DNA of 64,000 bases from Octopus sinensis (taxonomy: Eukaryota). The first letter of the stretch is position 1, and every line of letters begins with the position of its first letter. The notes under the pieces are model-generated. The model did not search any database, had not been told where the DNA came from, and saw nothing but the letters and a program-made list of their open reading frames with translations. Position numbers and translations under genes: made by a program. The stretch is taken from the NCBI RefSeq assembly GCF_006345805.1, contig NC_043003.1:86614001-86678000 (forward strand), given 5' to 3'. This document shows, piece after piece, positions 27,438 through 38,342 of the stretch.

Positions 27438-27819
27438 TACAGGGTAAATGTTTTTTAATTTTCTCCTGGTTTACGGAATTGATGTTATTTTGCGGTTAAA
27501 GCTTTTGGCTGTTATTTCTAGTGGGTGAATGGCCTATTATGGCCGTTCCTTGATTGTGATGTTGAACTTAAAAATGGTATATGACTATTTAATTTTTTCC
27601 CACTAGGCCGCTGGTGGCAAAAAAATTCTACAAAATTTTTTGCCACCCTATATTGATTAATTATGAATTTTCTGGTTAATTCCGTAATGGAATCGGCGGC
27701 TTATATTTATTTGCTGCCGATAAATTTGGCGCGAGTGCGATGATTTGAAAATTTTAGGTCAGATATTGCCGAGGCAGGGACGGGAATGCCTCGTGAAAAA
27801 TATCTGTTCCGACTTGGCT

Positions 27820-27931
27820 ATTTCTTACTGATGAATCTAAGGGCCTATGGTAGATTGGCTTGATTTAATTTAATTTAATCAGGTTAGTTTACCATTAAAC
27901 AGTAGATGAAACGGTGCATCGTATAAGAAAT
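27820..27931 (+). ncRNA. Type I hammerhead ribozyme (array copy 3); predicted cleavage after A27923
   Basis: Identical motif 494 nt downstream of copy 2. Confidence 0.92.
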
Positions 27932-28150
27932 TACAGGGTAAATGTTTTTAAATTTTCTCCTGGTTTACGGAATTGATGTTATTTTGCGGTTAAAGCTTTT
28001 GGCTGTTATTTCTAGTGGGTGAATGGCCTGTTATGGCCGTTCCTTGATTGTGATGTTGAACTTAAAAATGGTATATGACTATTTAATTTTTTCCCACTAG
28101 GCCGCTGGTGGCAAAAAAGTTCTACAAAATTTTTTGCCACCCTATATTGA

Positions 28151-28228
<78 letters not shown>

Positions 28229-28240
<12 letters not shown>

Positions 28241-28292
28241 TATTTGTATATATATATTAAGTTGTTTGACATGAAATGTCGTAATTGAGAGG
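28229..28292 (-). repeat. Inverted copy of the mariner 3' TIR plus its host flank (26469-26531)
   Basis: TGTGTGTATTTGTATATATATATTAAGTTGTTTGACATGAAATGT mirrors 26480-26531. Confidence 0.85.
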
Positions 28293-29135
28293 TGTCCTGT
28301 TATTATTATTATTATTATTGCATTTTATATTTATATTCATGTAACATCGTCTGTTTTTCCGTCTTTGTGTTCATATATATTCGATGCTTTCTTCCAAGGA
28401 ATCTAATGCTCTTAGTTTAGTTTTTCCTTGGGGCTGGCCAGATTGGAGCAATGAAAGTCAAGATTAATCAGCCGAAATTGCGAGGATGATCCGGTTCTTG
28501 ACTGAGGATATAAAGCTTCGAATGACCCGTCCTTATTTTTTGTATCGTCTATCTGGATGTTTTGTTGTCCCTTTTTGTATCACCTAGTTGTCCGGATATT
28601 TTGCGTTCTTGTTCCATTTTGTATTATATACAATTTTATTTAAAGCTGCAAGTATTGCAGCAAATACAAATGTCCAGTATTCATCAGCTAAATCACATAT
28701 ATGTTTTCCAGACATCCTAGAGAGTGTGTCTATCCTCATGAAGTATTAGGAGTGAGTTCTATGAAATTTAAAGCCAAATCATAAGCAGACTCAAATTGCT
28801 TTCTAATGATGCGCAGTTTTATAAAAAGTTTTTAAAAAGATTGTTAACTTCCCAGACAAGGTGAATCTATCCATAAAAATGCAGATATAGTTTCCGGAGA
28901 CATGAGGAAATCTGTTTATCACACAGCGGTTCATTTCACAACTAAACTGTTGCAAACAGAATTTGGTTGTAGTAGTAAGAAAGTCAGCGAAGCAGATTCA
29001 GTCCAAATAAAGGACATTATGGGAGGAAGGGAGTAGGGGAGTAAGAAGGCATAGATATACCACAGACAAAGGTAGTTATAAAATAACCTTTCTTGGTTAT
29101 ATACGAATATATATACAAATATATATATATATATA

Positions 29136-29540
29136 GGCGCAGGAGTGGCTGTGTGGTAAGTAGCTTGCTAACCAACCACATGGTTCTGGGTTCAGTCCCA
29201 CTGCGTGGCATCTTGGGCAAGTGTCTTCTGCTATAGCCCCGGGCCGACCAATGCCTTGTGAGTGGATTTGGTAGACGGAAACTGAAAGAAGCCTGTCGTA
29301 TATATGTATATATATGTATGTGTGTGCTTGTGTGTCTGTGTTTGTCCCCCTAGCATTGTTTGACAACCGATGCTGGTGTGTTTACGTCCCCGTCACTTAG
29401 CGGTTCGGCAAAAGAGACCGATAGAATAAGTACTGGGCTTACAAAGAATAAGTCCCGGGGTCGATTTGCTCGACTAAAGGCGGTGCTCCAGCATGGCCGC
29501 AGTCAAATGACTGAAACAAGTAAAAGAGTAAAGAGTAAAT
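29136..29540 (+). mobile_element. tRNA-derived SINE family B, full length
   Basis: tRNA-like head (A box TGTGTGGTAAG, B-box-like GGGTTCAGTCCC), internal TA/TG tract, tail GGCGGTGCTCCAGCATGGCCGCAGTCAAATGACTGAAACAAGTAAAAGAG. Confidence 0.93.
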
Positions 29541-29699
29541 GAGTATATATATATATATGTATGTATGCTATATCTTCAATTTACAGACTACTATCCCCAC
29601 GGACTTAACACAACCCCCTCCTCCTAGTGACTACCTCTACACCTCCCGCAACAATTAACTTAATTTCTTTCCTCATTTTTCATTCCTTACTTGTAATTG

Positions 29700-30915
29700 C
29701 GTCTTTTATATTGGATTGACTTCCTTATATTTTATTGTTTTTATAATTTTTTGTTTTTTTTTATTGTTTATAATTTATTGTTTTTATAAATTATTGTTTT
29801 TATTTCTATATACACGCACACATGCATACACATACGTATCCACGAACGCACATATACACGCACGGGAATGCACAGATACCTATCCCACACAACCCCACGC
29901 ACACACAGAGACACACATACCTTTAGACACACATCTCCACGTTCACACACACATATACACACGCATGCGCATACACACATGCACACACGCACATACACAC
30001 ACATACGCATATATACACACGCACATACATACGCACATAATACACGCACACACATATACATACGCACACACTAGCACAGGTTCGCACATATAACTTCCGC
30101 ACACAATACGCATACACACACGCACACAATTATACACACATAGGCACAAACACACATGCACATACGCACATAAACACGCACACAAGCACACGCACGCACA
30201 TACACACAGATACGCATATTATGCCTACACAAAGCCCCACAACCCCCACACACACAACCCGCGCACACACGCATACACAAATTCACATACACACCTATAC
30301 TTATACATACACATACACACCTATACATCTATACATATACATACACACACAATATATGCACACACGCACACACATATAGACACAGACACACACATACAAA
30401 CATGCGCGCACATACGACACACACGCACACATAAATGAACCCACACATACCTCCCATGCACACATCACACATACATACACGCGCACAATTATACATACAT
30501 GTATACACACATACGCACATACAAGCACATACGCACACATGTACAAAGTAAAGCACAGTTATTCCCATATACAACCCCTACACATACACACACGAACACA
30601 CGCATACATACATATACACACACACACACTGCAAACAAAACACACAGACAATACATATACATACACGCACACACACATTCTTCAAACTACTAGTACCTTC
30701 CACTGACCATTCTCCTACGCACATGGGTAGGTAGAGACATAGCACGAACCACTCCTATCATTCTTCGTATGACCTTAAACGATACTAAGCCCAACCACAC
30801 ACATAGATTAACAGCCACAATCACACACACACACGTGCTATCATTACACACACACACACATACATACACACACAAACCTGCGCGCACGCACATACCTTAA
30901 CATACACACACATAC
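29700..30915. repeat. Low-complexity CA/TA-rich block
   Basis: Degenerate (CA)n/(TACA)n. Confidence 0.85.
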
Positions 30916-30929
30916 CTCCTTCTCTTGCT

Positions 30930-31420
30930 CTCTCCTGTCTTTGAAAGAACTTTTTCTTCACCCATTCCCTTCCGGTCATTCAATATGTGACCGCGTTTAT
31001 ATCGTTGGCGATTTTTTCCCTCCATCTTCCCTTCCTTGGATCTTTCCTTTTACTATGTTTCTGACGAAGAACTCCGCTCGAAATGTTAAATCCTCCTTCT
31101 TTCTTTCCTTTCCTGAGCGTCCAATAAACACTATACTTGTTCCACGTCCTCGCGTTGTTGTGTTTTCATGTTTGGATTAACTACATATACAAATATATAT
31201 ATATATATATTTTAGTATGTGACCTCGTATAGACTACCTGTAATATTTTTCCTCTGTCCTTCCCATCTCGGGATGTTTCTTTCTCCTATGTTTCCGACGA
31301 AGAGCTCCGCTCGAAACGTGAAGCCCTCCTTCTTCCCTTCTTTCCTGAGCGTCTAATAATACTTTATTTGTTCCACATCCTTGCGTTGTTGTTTTTTGTT
31401 TTCTTGTTTGGATTAACTTT
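30930..31420 (+). mobile_element. Two PLE pseudo-LTR 3' remnants with decayed minimal hammerheads
   Basis: About 30930-31185 and 31240-31420 are homologous; motifs at 31058-31090 and 31291-31322; both end TTTGGATTAACT before TA repeats. Confidence 0.7.
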
Positions 31421-31622
31421 ATATATATATATATATAAAGTATTAATTTATAAAAATATGGTAAAGTAAGAAAATTCGCACACCGAACTTTTCAGAAATA
31501 GCAGCCAAAAATTTGGCTATTTCTTCAACTGCAAGTAAAAGTCTCCAGACAATGCATACTCAGAAAATAACTCACATAGGTATAAGGGAAAAACAATGAA
31601 AGATCACATCCATATAAGATAC

Positions 31623-31682
31623 CCGAGAACAGCCTGTTTCTGGATTCGTGGGTTAAACGCCACTTTTCCTTCATCAGCTCAG
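31623..31682 (-). ncRNA. Type I hammerhead ribozyme variant (GUU site)
   Basis: CTGAG-CTGATGA-A GGA aaa GTGG..CCAC gaa TCC A-GAAA-CAG G CTG-TT-CTCGG; lies in a TA-abutting island at about 31440-31900. Confidence 0.8.
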
Positions 31683-32031
31683 AGATTTCTTCTGATTTGG
31701 ATTTGAAAATACCAAGAACCAAACATACCCATCCGATATCTGTAACATCGGACAAACTATGCTGGACACCCAGTACTAGCGAATCCAAAAATACAAATGA
31801 GATCTATTATTCTCCACGTGAGTCATAGAGTAGTGCATTTCTACAGGGGCAAAAACTGTAGTTCAAATTCTTGGAGAGAAAGCATTATATTGTCAGTAAA
31901 AAAGGGTAGAATTAATTAATTGTTAATCAATTCGACCAAGCAGTATTCGGTATGTAAAAGGACCATTTATATATATATATATACACACATGCACATACAC
32001 ACACAACATATACATATATATATATATATAT

Positions 32032-32065
<34 letters not shown>

Positions 32066-32090
32066 TGCACATACATACGCACACACACAC

Positions 32091-32163
<73 letters not shown>

Positions 32164-32608
32164 GGGAATAACAAAGTATTCCAGGTTATCAGGACATTTA
32201 CTATTTTACACTTTTCTAATGAAATGTAAACTGTATCTTTTATAATATTATTACAAATTTACCCAATAGAATTGCAACTCCTATTTCAGGATAACCGTTT
32301 GCAACTCAGTATTTTCTGCTGAGTATTTGCATTCAGGTTCTTTCTACAAGCATAGTCTCCGTATTCTTTGCAATTATTTGGAATTTACACTCCTGATAAT
32401 ATTCATAATCACAGGAGGCGAACCTGCATTTACCTACTGGGAAAATTACAGCGGGATTGCACATACTAAGTGATCATTGATGTTTATTACTACTTGAATC
32501 GGTAAGCCGAAACCTAGAACATACCTGAGTTTTATTACGGTATCTGCCTCTGGATAATTTATACCTTACATATCTATATATCTACCTATATATATATATA
32601 TATATTAT

Positions 32609-32643
<35 letters not shown>

Positions 32644-32750
32644 GAGTTCAATTTGAAAACTCCACTAGAATGGACGAAAGCACTAATATATGATATATGA
32701 TATATGCATGTATATATAAACGTACATACATACATATATATATATAATAC

Positions 32751-32794
<44 letters not shown>

Positions 32795-33593
32795 ATATTA
32801 CATGTGAGTATATGTCTAGGAACATTATACAGTAATCCCCTTCGATAGAACAGGGAGTCAACGTCCCTCGAGTCACTTCTGATGCTTCACTCTCTTTCCT
32901 AATTAAGTTTATTTGTCATGGAGACGTCACATATGTAACAAATATATATAATTTGGGAGAAAAGGGATGAAACAGCATGTGTGTAAACAGTAGCATTGTT
33001 GCCTTGGAATTTTTTTTTTATATATCATTTGATTATGCAGTGGATCCTCATTGGCTGGGCGATACATTATTTTATGGTAATGTTTCATAATCGAAAGCGA
33101 TTCACACCATTTTGTATTTGATGTAAATTTATTGATGATGAAATAAAATACATGTTTTCCTGTAACTAAAATCATTTGTTTCTTCCCATTACTTTCTACT
33201 CTGATTTCATATTTTCATTTATCCGGTGTCCATGTCTATATTCTATCTTTAAATTTTAACAAATTTTCTAACTGTTAAAATCAGTTATTGTGTTGAATAT
33301 TTCAAAACGAACATTGTCATGTAAATATTTTACTTATAATTTATTCAATAAAGTATTGTTGATATTTTCTTCACAATTAAGCATTATATATCATTTCCAT
33401 AAAAACAATTATTCTCACATTGTCATAACGTTTTCTGTTCTGTTCGGCTCAACTATGAATTAAAGTGAATATTTAGAATGTTGGAAATTCTCGCCATTGC
33501 AGTTTTGTACATTATATTCTTATTAGTGTAAAATGTATAAATTTGTATTATTTACATTGATTTGTTAATGGCGATACAACAACAACAACATTA

Positions 33594-33596
<3 letters not shown>

Positions 33597-33645
<49 letters not shown>

Positions 33646-33682
33646 TGATGATGATGATGATGATGATAATAATAATAATAAC

Positions 33683-33754
<72 letters not shown>

Positions 33755-33755
33755 T
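33597..33755. repeat. (AAT)n/(GAT)n microsatellite
   Basis: Directly visible. Confidence 0.95.
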
Positions 33756-34222
33756 TGGTATAAAAGTTGGGCTACAGCAAATATTCTGCTCAATAACACA
33801 GGTTTGCTTGCCAGTTTTCTGACATTAACCAGTTCACCATATCCCTTAGTGGTTGACGATATGTGCGTCTCTGACCATGTGCAAAAGCAGTGGGTGAGTA
33901 TCATAGCCATGTGTTGAGAGGAATGCTTTAGGGTTTGAATAATTCATCTCTGGAAACATAGGTCTTTTGTTCATCATTCTGAAACAAACCTTATTCAGGG
34001 ACCTTTTGAGTGGGATGGGCTACTCGACCAGATGAAAATTCCAGCTGGGCTCCACCTGCAAGGTCATGTTTATCTTGATATGAGATCACCATGTCGCGCA
34101 CATATGGTTGTGATGCATGTGCTTGGTGTACCCTTATCAAACGGGTAGTCATGGTGGGTATACAGGGCTTCGTATATTTGTACTGCAGTGTCACTTTAAT
34201 GGCATGCACTGCTCTCTCACTC
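33756..34222 (+). mobile_element. Non-coding retroelement end embedded in (AAT)n, copy 1
   Basis: Homologous to 37898-38269; both end CTGCTCTCTCACTC|AATAAT. Confidence 0.8.
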
Positions 34223-34271
34223 AATAATAATAATAATGATGATGATAATAATAATAATAATGAAAAAAAAA

Positions 34272-34320
<49 letters not shown>

Positions 34321-34321
34321 C

Positions 34322-35143
34322 ATGGGATATGTGCACAAGGTCGCTCATTTGAGATGGAAAGATATGATAAGCAGAATCAATAGAGCCAGAAGTATTTTTA
34401 TCAAATTGGACAAAGTATGGCGATCAAAACAGTTTGGAAGGGATACAAAAATCAAACTTTACAAAACGCTGGTAAGACATGTACTTCTTTATAGATGTGA
34501 AACTTGGAAAATGAATAACAGTGATGAGAGAAAACTGGATTCTTTTCAGTACAAAGGCCTCAAGGAGATAATGCAGATAGGGTGGCCAAACATTATATCA
34601 ATGTATGAACTCAACAAAATAACCCATGTCCCCAGGGAAGCCAAGAAGTAAAAAGGCAAAGATGGAATTGGATTGCACATGTACTGAGAAAGGGACCCAA
34701 TCATATTTGCGGCGAGCTGGCAGAGACGTTAGCACGCCGGGTGAAGTGCTTCGCGGTATTTCGCCCGTCGCTACGTTCTGAGTTCAAATTCCGCTGAGGT
34801 CGACTTTGCCTTTCATCCTTTCGGGGTCGATAAATTAAGTACCAGTTACGCACTGGGGTCGATGTAATCGACTTAATCCGTTTGTCTGTCCTTGTTTTCC
34901 CCTCTATGTTTAGCCCCTTGTGGGTAATAAAGAAACACATATTTGCATGATTGCCTTGATTCGGCAACCTGAGGAAAAGAGAAGAGTTGGTATACCAAAG
35001 ACGATATGGAGAAGAACAGTGGAAAAAGAAAGGAATCAAGTTGGATGGTCATCATGGAATGTGGCAAGAAATCTTGCAAAACAGAGGGATAAATAGAAAA
35101 CTAGCGTGGATGCATTATGTGCCAGCTGGCACGAAGATGACAG
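34322..35143 (+). pseudogene. RTE-clade LINE 3' fragment, interrupted by a SINE
   Basis: RINRARSIF.KL.KVWRS...TKIKLYKTLVRHVLLYRCETW; WNWIAHVLRK; ends LCASWHEDDR*. Confidence 0.85.
34709..34935 (+). mobile_element. SINE family A, near full length
   Basis: GCGGCGAGCTGGCAGAGACGTTAGCACGCCGG...GAGTTCAAATTCC...GTACCAGTTACGCACTGGGGTCGAT. Confidence 0.92.
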
Positions 35144-35789
35144 ATAAACATCAGAAGGGTGAGGAATCTAATGAAGTCAAAGTTAAATGGCCCGAATCTA
35201 GTGAAGGCTGTAAATGCTTGGGCAGTGTTATTACTTTGATACTCAGCAGCTTTTGTAGATTGAACAAAAACTGAATTAGCAAAGCTAGACAGAAAAACTA
35301 GGAAGAAATTCAATATAAATGGAGAACTCCACCCAAGGCAGGAATACCAAGATTATAACTACCTAGAAATGAAGATGGAAGATGGTTAACTTCAATAGAA
35401 GACTGCGTGGAGTTAGCTAGAGTAGATATACACACTTATTAGGTAATAGTGATGAAAGTTTATTCGAATCTGCTAGAATCAGAACATGACATAGGGTAAC
35501 CGAAATACTAAATGAACTTAAAAACCAGAAAAAAGAACAGAAATTATGTGACTGACTGGAGAAAAGGTTGCATGGTAGATACACAAGGATAGTTTCAGCA
35601 AATAGTAGTAGTGAGACATGATTATGGCTGCAGAAATGAAAGCTGAAGAGAGAGACAGTAAGATTGTTAGTAGCTACACAAGATCAAACATTAAGGACTA
35701 ATTGGATAAACGCCAAGATAGACAAAAACGAAGTAAATTCTCAATGTATATTATGCAAATCAAAAGAGAAAAGTGTTACTCATATAGTA

Positions 35790-37086
35790 CGAGGGACGTT
35801 CAATAAGTAATGCCTCTGACCCACTTGCAGTTGTTTGATCTAGCTGAAATTTGGCATGTGCAATTATTTATATCTCTATAGAGTAAGTGGCAGCTCTGAA
35901 TTACAGCTCTGAATTAATTGTGGTTTCTGATTTACAGGTGTTTGAACCGAGTCAAGTGTGAAATGGAGCCTGTTGAGTGTCGAGCAGTGATCCGGTTTTT
36001 GTATTTGAAAGGACGCACACCACGGGAGACTTTTGATGAAATGAAAGTAACTTATGGTGATGATGCCCCATCATATGACCTTGTAAAACGCTGGCATCGT
36101 GAATTCAAACATGGTCGGAACTCTGTGGAAACAGCTCCCAGATCTGGTCGCCCCCTTCTGCCATTGATGAGGCATCTGTCCGTCAAGTTGAGGCTGCCAT
36201 TTTGGAAGATCGACGTATAATTATTCGCCAAATAGCCCATGAGGTCAAGATTAGTACCGGGTCTGTGGAAACTATCATTCATGACCATTTGCATATGCAA
36301 AAGGTGTCTGCCAGATGGATTCCCAGGTTGCTCACGCCTTTCCAGAAGCAAGAACGCGTCGAGTGCTCGAGGGTGAATTTGGAGATGTGCCAAGAAGATG
36401 AGTCAAAATTTTTCAAAATACTGATTACACAGGATGAAATCTGGGTCCATCACGATGATCCAGAGACCAAAGCTCAGTCAATGCAGTGGAAGCACCGTGA
36501 CTCACCTCCTCCATAGAAGACAAGGGTGCAGCCCTCTGCTGGCAAGGTCATGCTCACAGTCTTCTGGGACCAGGACGGAGTAGTGATGACAGATTTCCTG
36601 GCAAAAGGTACCACAATTGCAGGAGCCTATTATGCTTCACTTTTGAGGAAATTAAGAGAAGTTATCAAAATCAAGAGGCGGGGCAAGATCAGCAAAGGCA
36701 TCCTCCTCCTGCAGGACAACGCTCCGGTTCACAACTCGCTTGTCGCCAGATCAGAAGCACAGGCGTATGGCTATGAACTCCTCCCCATCTCCCCTACTTT
36801 CCTGACCTTGCACCCTCTGATTTTCACCTCTTCCCAATCATGAAGTTGTTTTTGAAAGGAAAGCGTTTCCCAGATGATGCAGCCTTGATTTCTGAAGTCA
36901 CGTTGAGGTTGGAGGACCAAGCTGGGTTCTTCTACAAAAACGGTCTCCAGAGCCGCATCAAACGATGGGAGAAATGCGTAACTCTGGGTGGTTCCTATGT
37001 AGAAAAAGACTAATAACTGTGCCAAATTTCGTTGCTCTACTGCTATGGGAAGTGGGTCAGAGGCATTACTTATTGAACGCCCCTCG
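35790..37086 (+). mobile_element. Full-length mariner (1297 bp), transposase inactivated
   Basis: 37-bp TIRs CGAGGGACGTTCAATAAGTAATGCCTCTGACCCACTT / AAGTGGGTCAGAGGCATTACTTATTGAACGCCCCTCG; TA duplication at 35788-89 and 37087-88; WIPRLL, ITQDEIW, QDNA motifs; stop at about 36514 plus frameshifts. Confidence 0.96.
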
Positions 37087-37350
37087 TAAGTGACTGTAGC
37101 ATGCTAGCACAAAGAATACAAGAAAAGACATGAATATCTAGGGAGATCAATCCACTGGGAGCTATGTAGAAAGCTAGTATTTGAACATACTGATTAATGT
37201 TATGAACATAAACCTAGTAAAGTACTAGAAAGTAAGAAATACAAGATTTTATGGGGACTTAAACGTTCAGACTGACAAAGTAATAGAGCTAGAAGGCTTG
37301 ATTTGGTAGTAGTAGATAAAGAGAATATAAAGTGTCCGATAACAGACTGA

Positions 37351-37597
37351 CGCCTTCTGCCAGTCAGATAATTTCTGTTCTTTTTTCTGATTTTTAAATT
37401 CATTTGGTATATTGGTTTCCCTGTCTTACTGTGACTCTGGCAGCTTTTAATAAACTTTCTTCACTATTACCTAATAAGAGTCTATAACTACTCTAGCTAA
37501 CTCCACGCAGTCTTCTAATGATGTTAACCCTCTCCCACCTTCCTTTCTGGGTAGGTATAATCTTGCTACTCCTGCCCTTGGGCGGAGTTCCAAAAAG
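37351..37597 (-). pseudogene. Inverted R4/Dong-like segment
   Basis: ELRPRAGVARLYLPRKEGGRGLTSLEDCVELAR; homologous to about 35325-35565. Confidence 0.85.
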
Positions 37598-37837
37598 GAA
37601 AACTTTAATATGAGAAGTATAGAAAAAATAGTAAAATACCAGGACCTAGCTATTGAATTACAGAGACGATGGAAAGTGCGGGTAGAATGTATCCCAGTAG
37701 TTATAGGTGCATTGGGAATTATCTTTAAAGATCTGAACAGGTGGATAGAGGAAATGGGCACAAATCCCAGTTTAGTACAGCTGCAGAAAACAGTGTTATT
37801 AGGGACAGCTAGTATACTTAGGAGGGTTCTTAGCATC

Positions 37838-37897
<60 letters not shown>

Positions 37898-38269
37898 TGG
37901 GGGAGCATCATAGCCTGGGGGAGCATCATAGCCATGGGGGAGCATCATAGCCATGTTTTGAGAGGGATTCTTGGGGTTTGGATAATTCACCTTTGGAAAC
38001 ATGGGTGTTTTGTTCAACATCCTTAAACAATCCTTATTCAGGGACCTTTTAAACGGGATGGGTTATTCGACCAGAAGAACATTCTAACTGAGCCCCACCT
38101 GCAAGGTCATGTGCTGTTTATCTTGGTATGAGATCACCATGTCCCGCACATATGGTTGTGATGCATGTGCCTGGTGTACCCTTATCAGACGGGTAGTCAT
38201 GATGGGTGTACTGGGCTTCGTATATTTTACCCCAGTGTCACTTTGATGGCATGCACTGCTCTCTCACTC
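37898..38269 (+). mobile_element. Non-coding retroelement end embedded in (AAT)n, copy 2
   Basis: Homologous to about 33890-34222; begins with three 18-19-bp GGGGAGCATCATAGCC(A)T repeats. Confidence 0.8.

Positions 38270-38342
<73 letters not shown>

Larger units (their letters stand above)
26584..28155 (+). mobile_element. Retrozyme-like array of 494-bp hammerhead-containing monomers with an inverted 5' arm
   Basis: Period 494 (landmarks 26584/27078 and 27114/27608/28102); about 1.08 units on - then about 2.1 units on +; about 99% identical; no ORF; (TA)n on both sides. Confidence 0.9.
35145..37828 (+). pseudogene. R4/Dong-like RLE-type LINE 3' part, split by a mariner and an inverted segment
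   Basis: KLNGPNLVKAVNAWAV, LDRKTRKK, CKSK..HIV|SDCSMLAQ (CCHC, split at the mariner), EHKPSKVLE, KYQDLAIELQRRWKV..IPVVIGALG..LLGTASILRRVL, then (TAA)n. Confidence 0.88.

Noticed and set aside
27277-28119. A/G differences between monomers as a fossil of A-to-I editing
   Set aside because: Of four A/G differences, two are G-to-A relative to the other copies (27277, a CpG site, and 27289) and two are A-to-G (28030, 28119). Too few and bidirectional.
26584-28155. CRISPR array or plain satellite DNA
   Set aside because: No short repeat-spacer alternation; whole 494-bp units repeat and carry a full ribozyme.
28440-28495. Possible hammerhead remnant (AATGAAAGTC..GCCGAAATTGCG)
   Set aside because: Core and stem III too degenerate to support a call.
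38165-38225. Hammerhead or HDV-like ribozyme in the (AAT)n element (CTGATAAG and CGAAG on the minus strand)
   Set aside because: Stems do not close in either topology; only simple hairpins fit.
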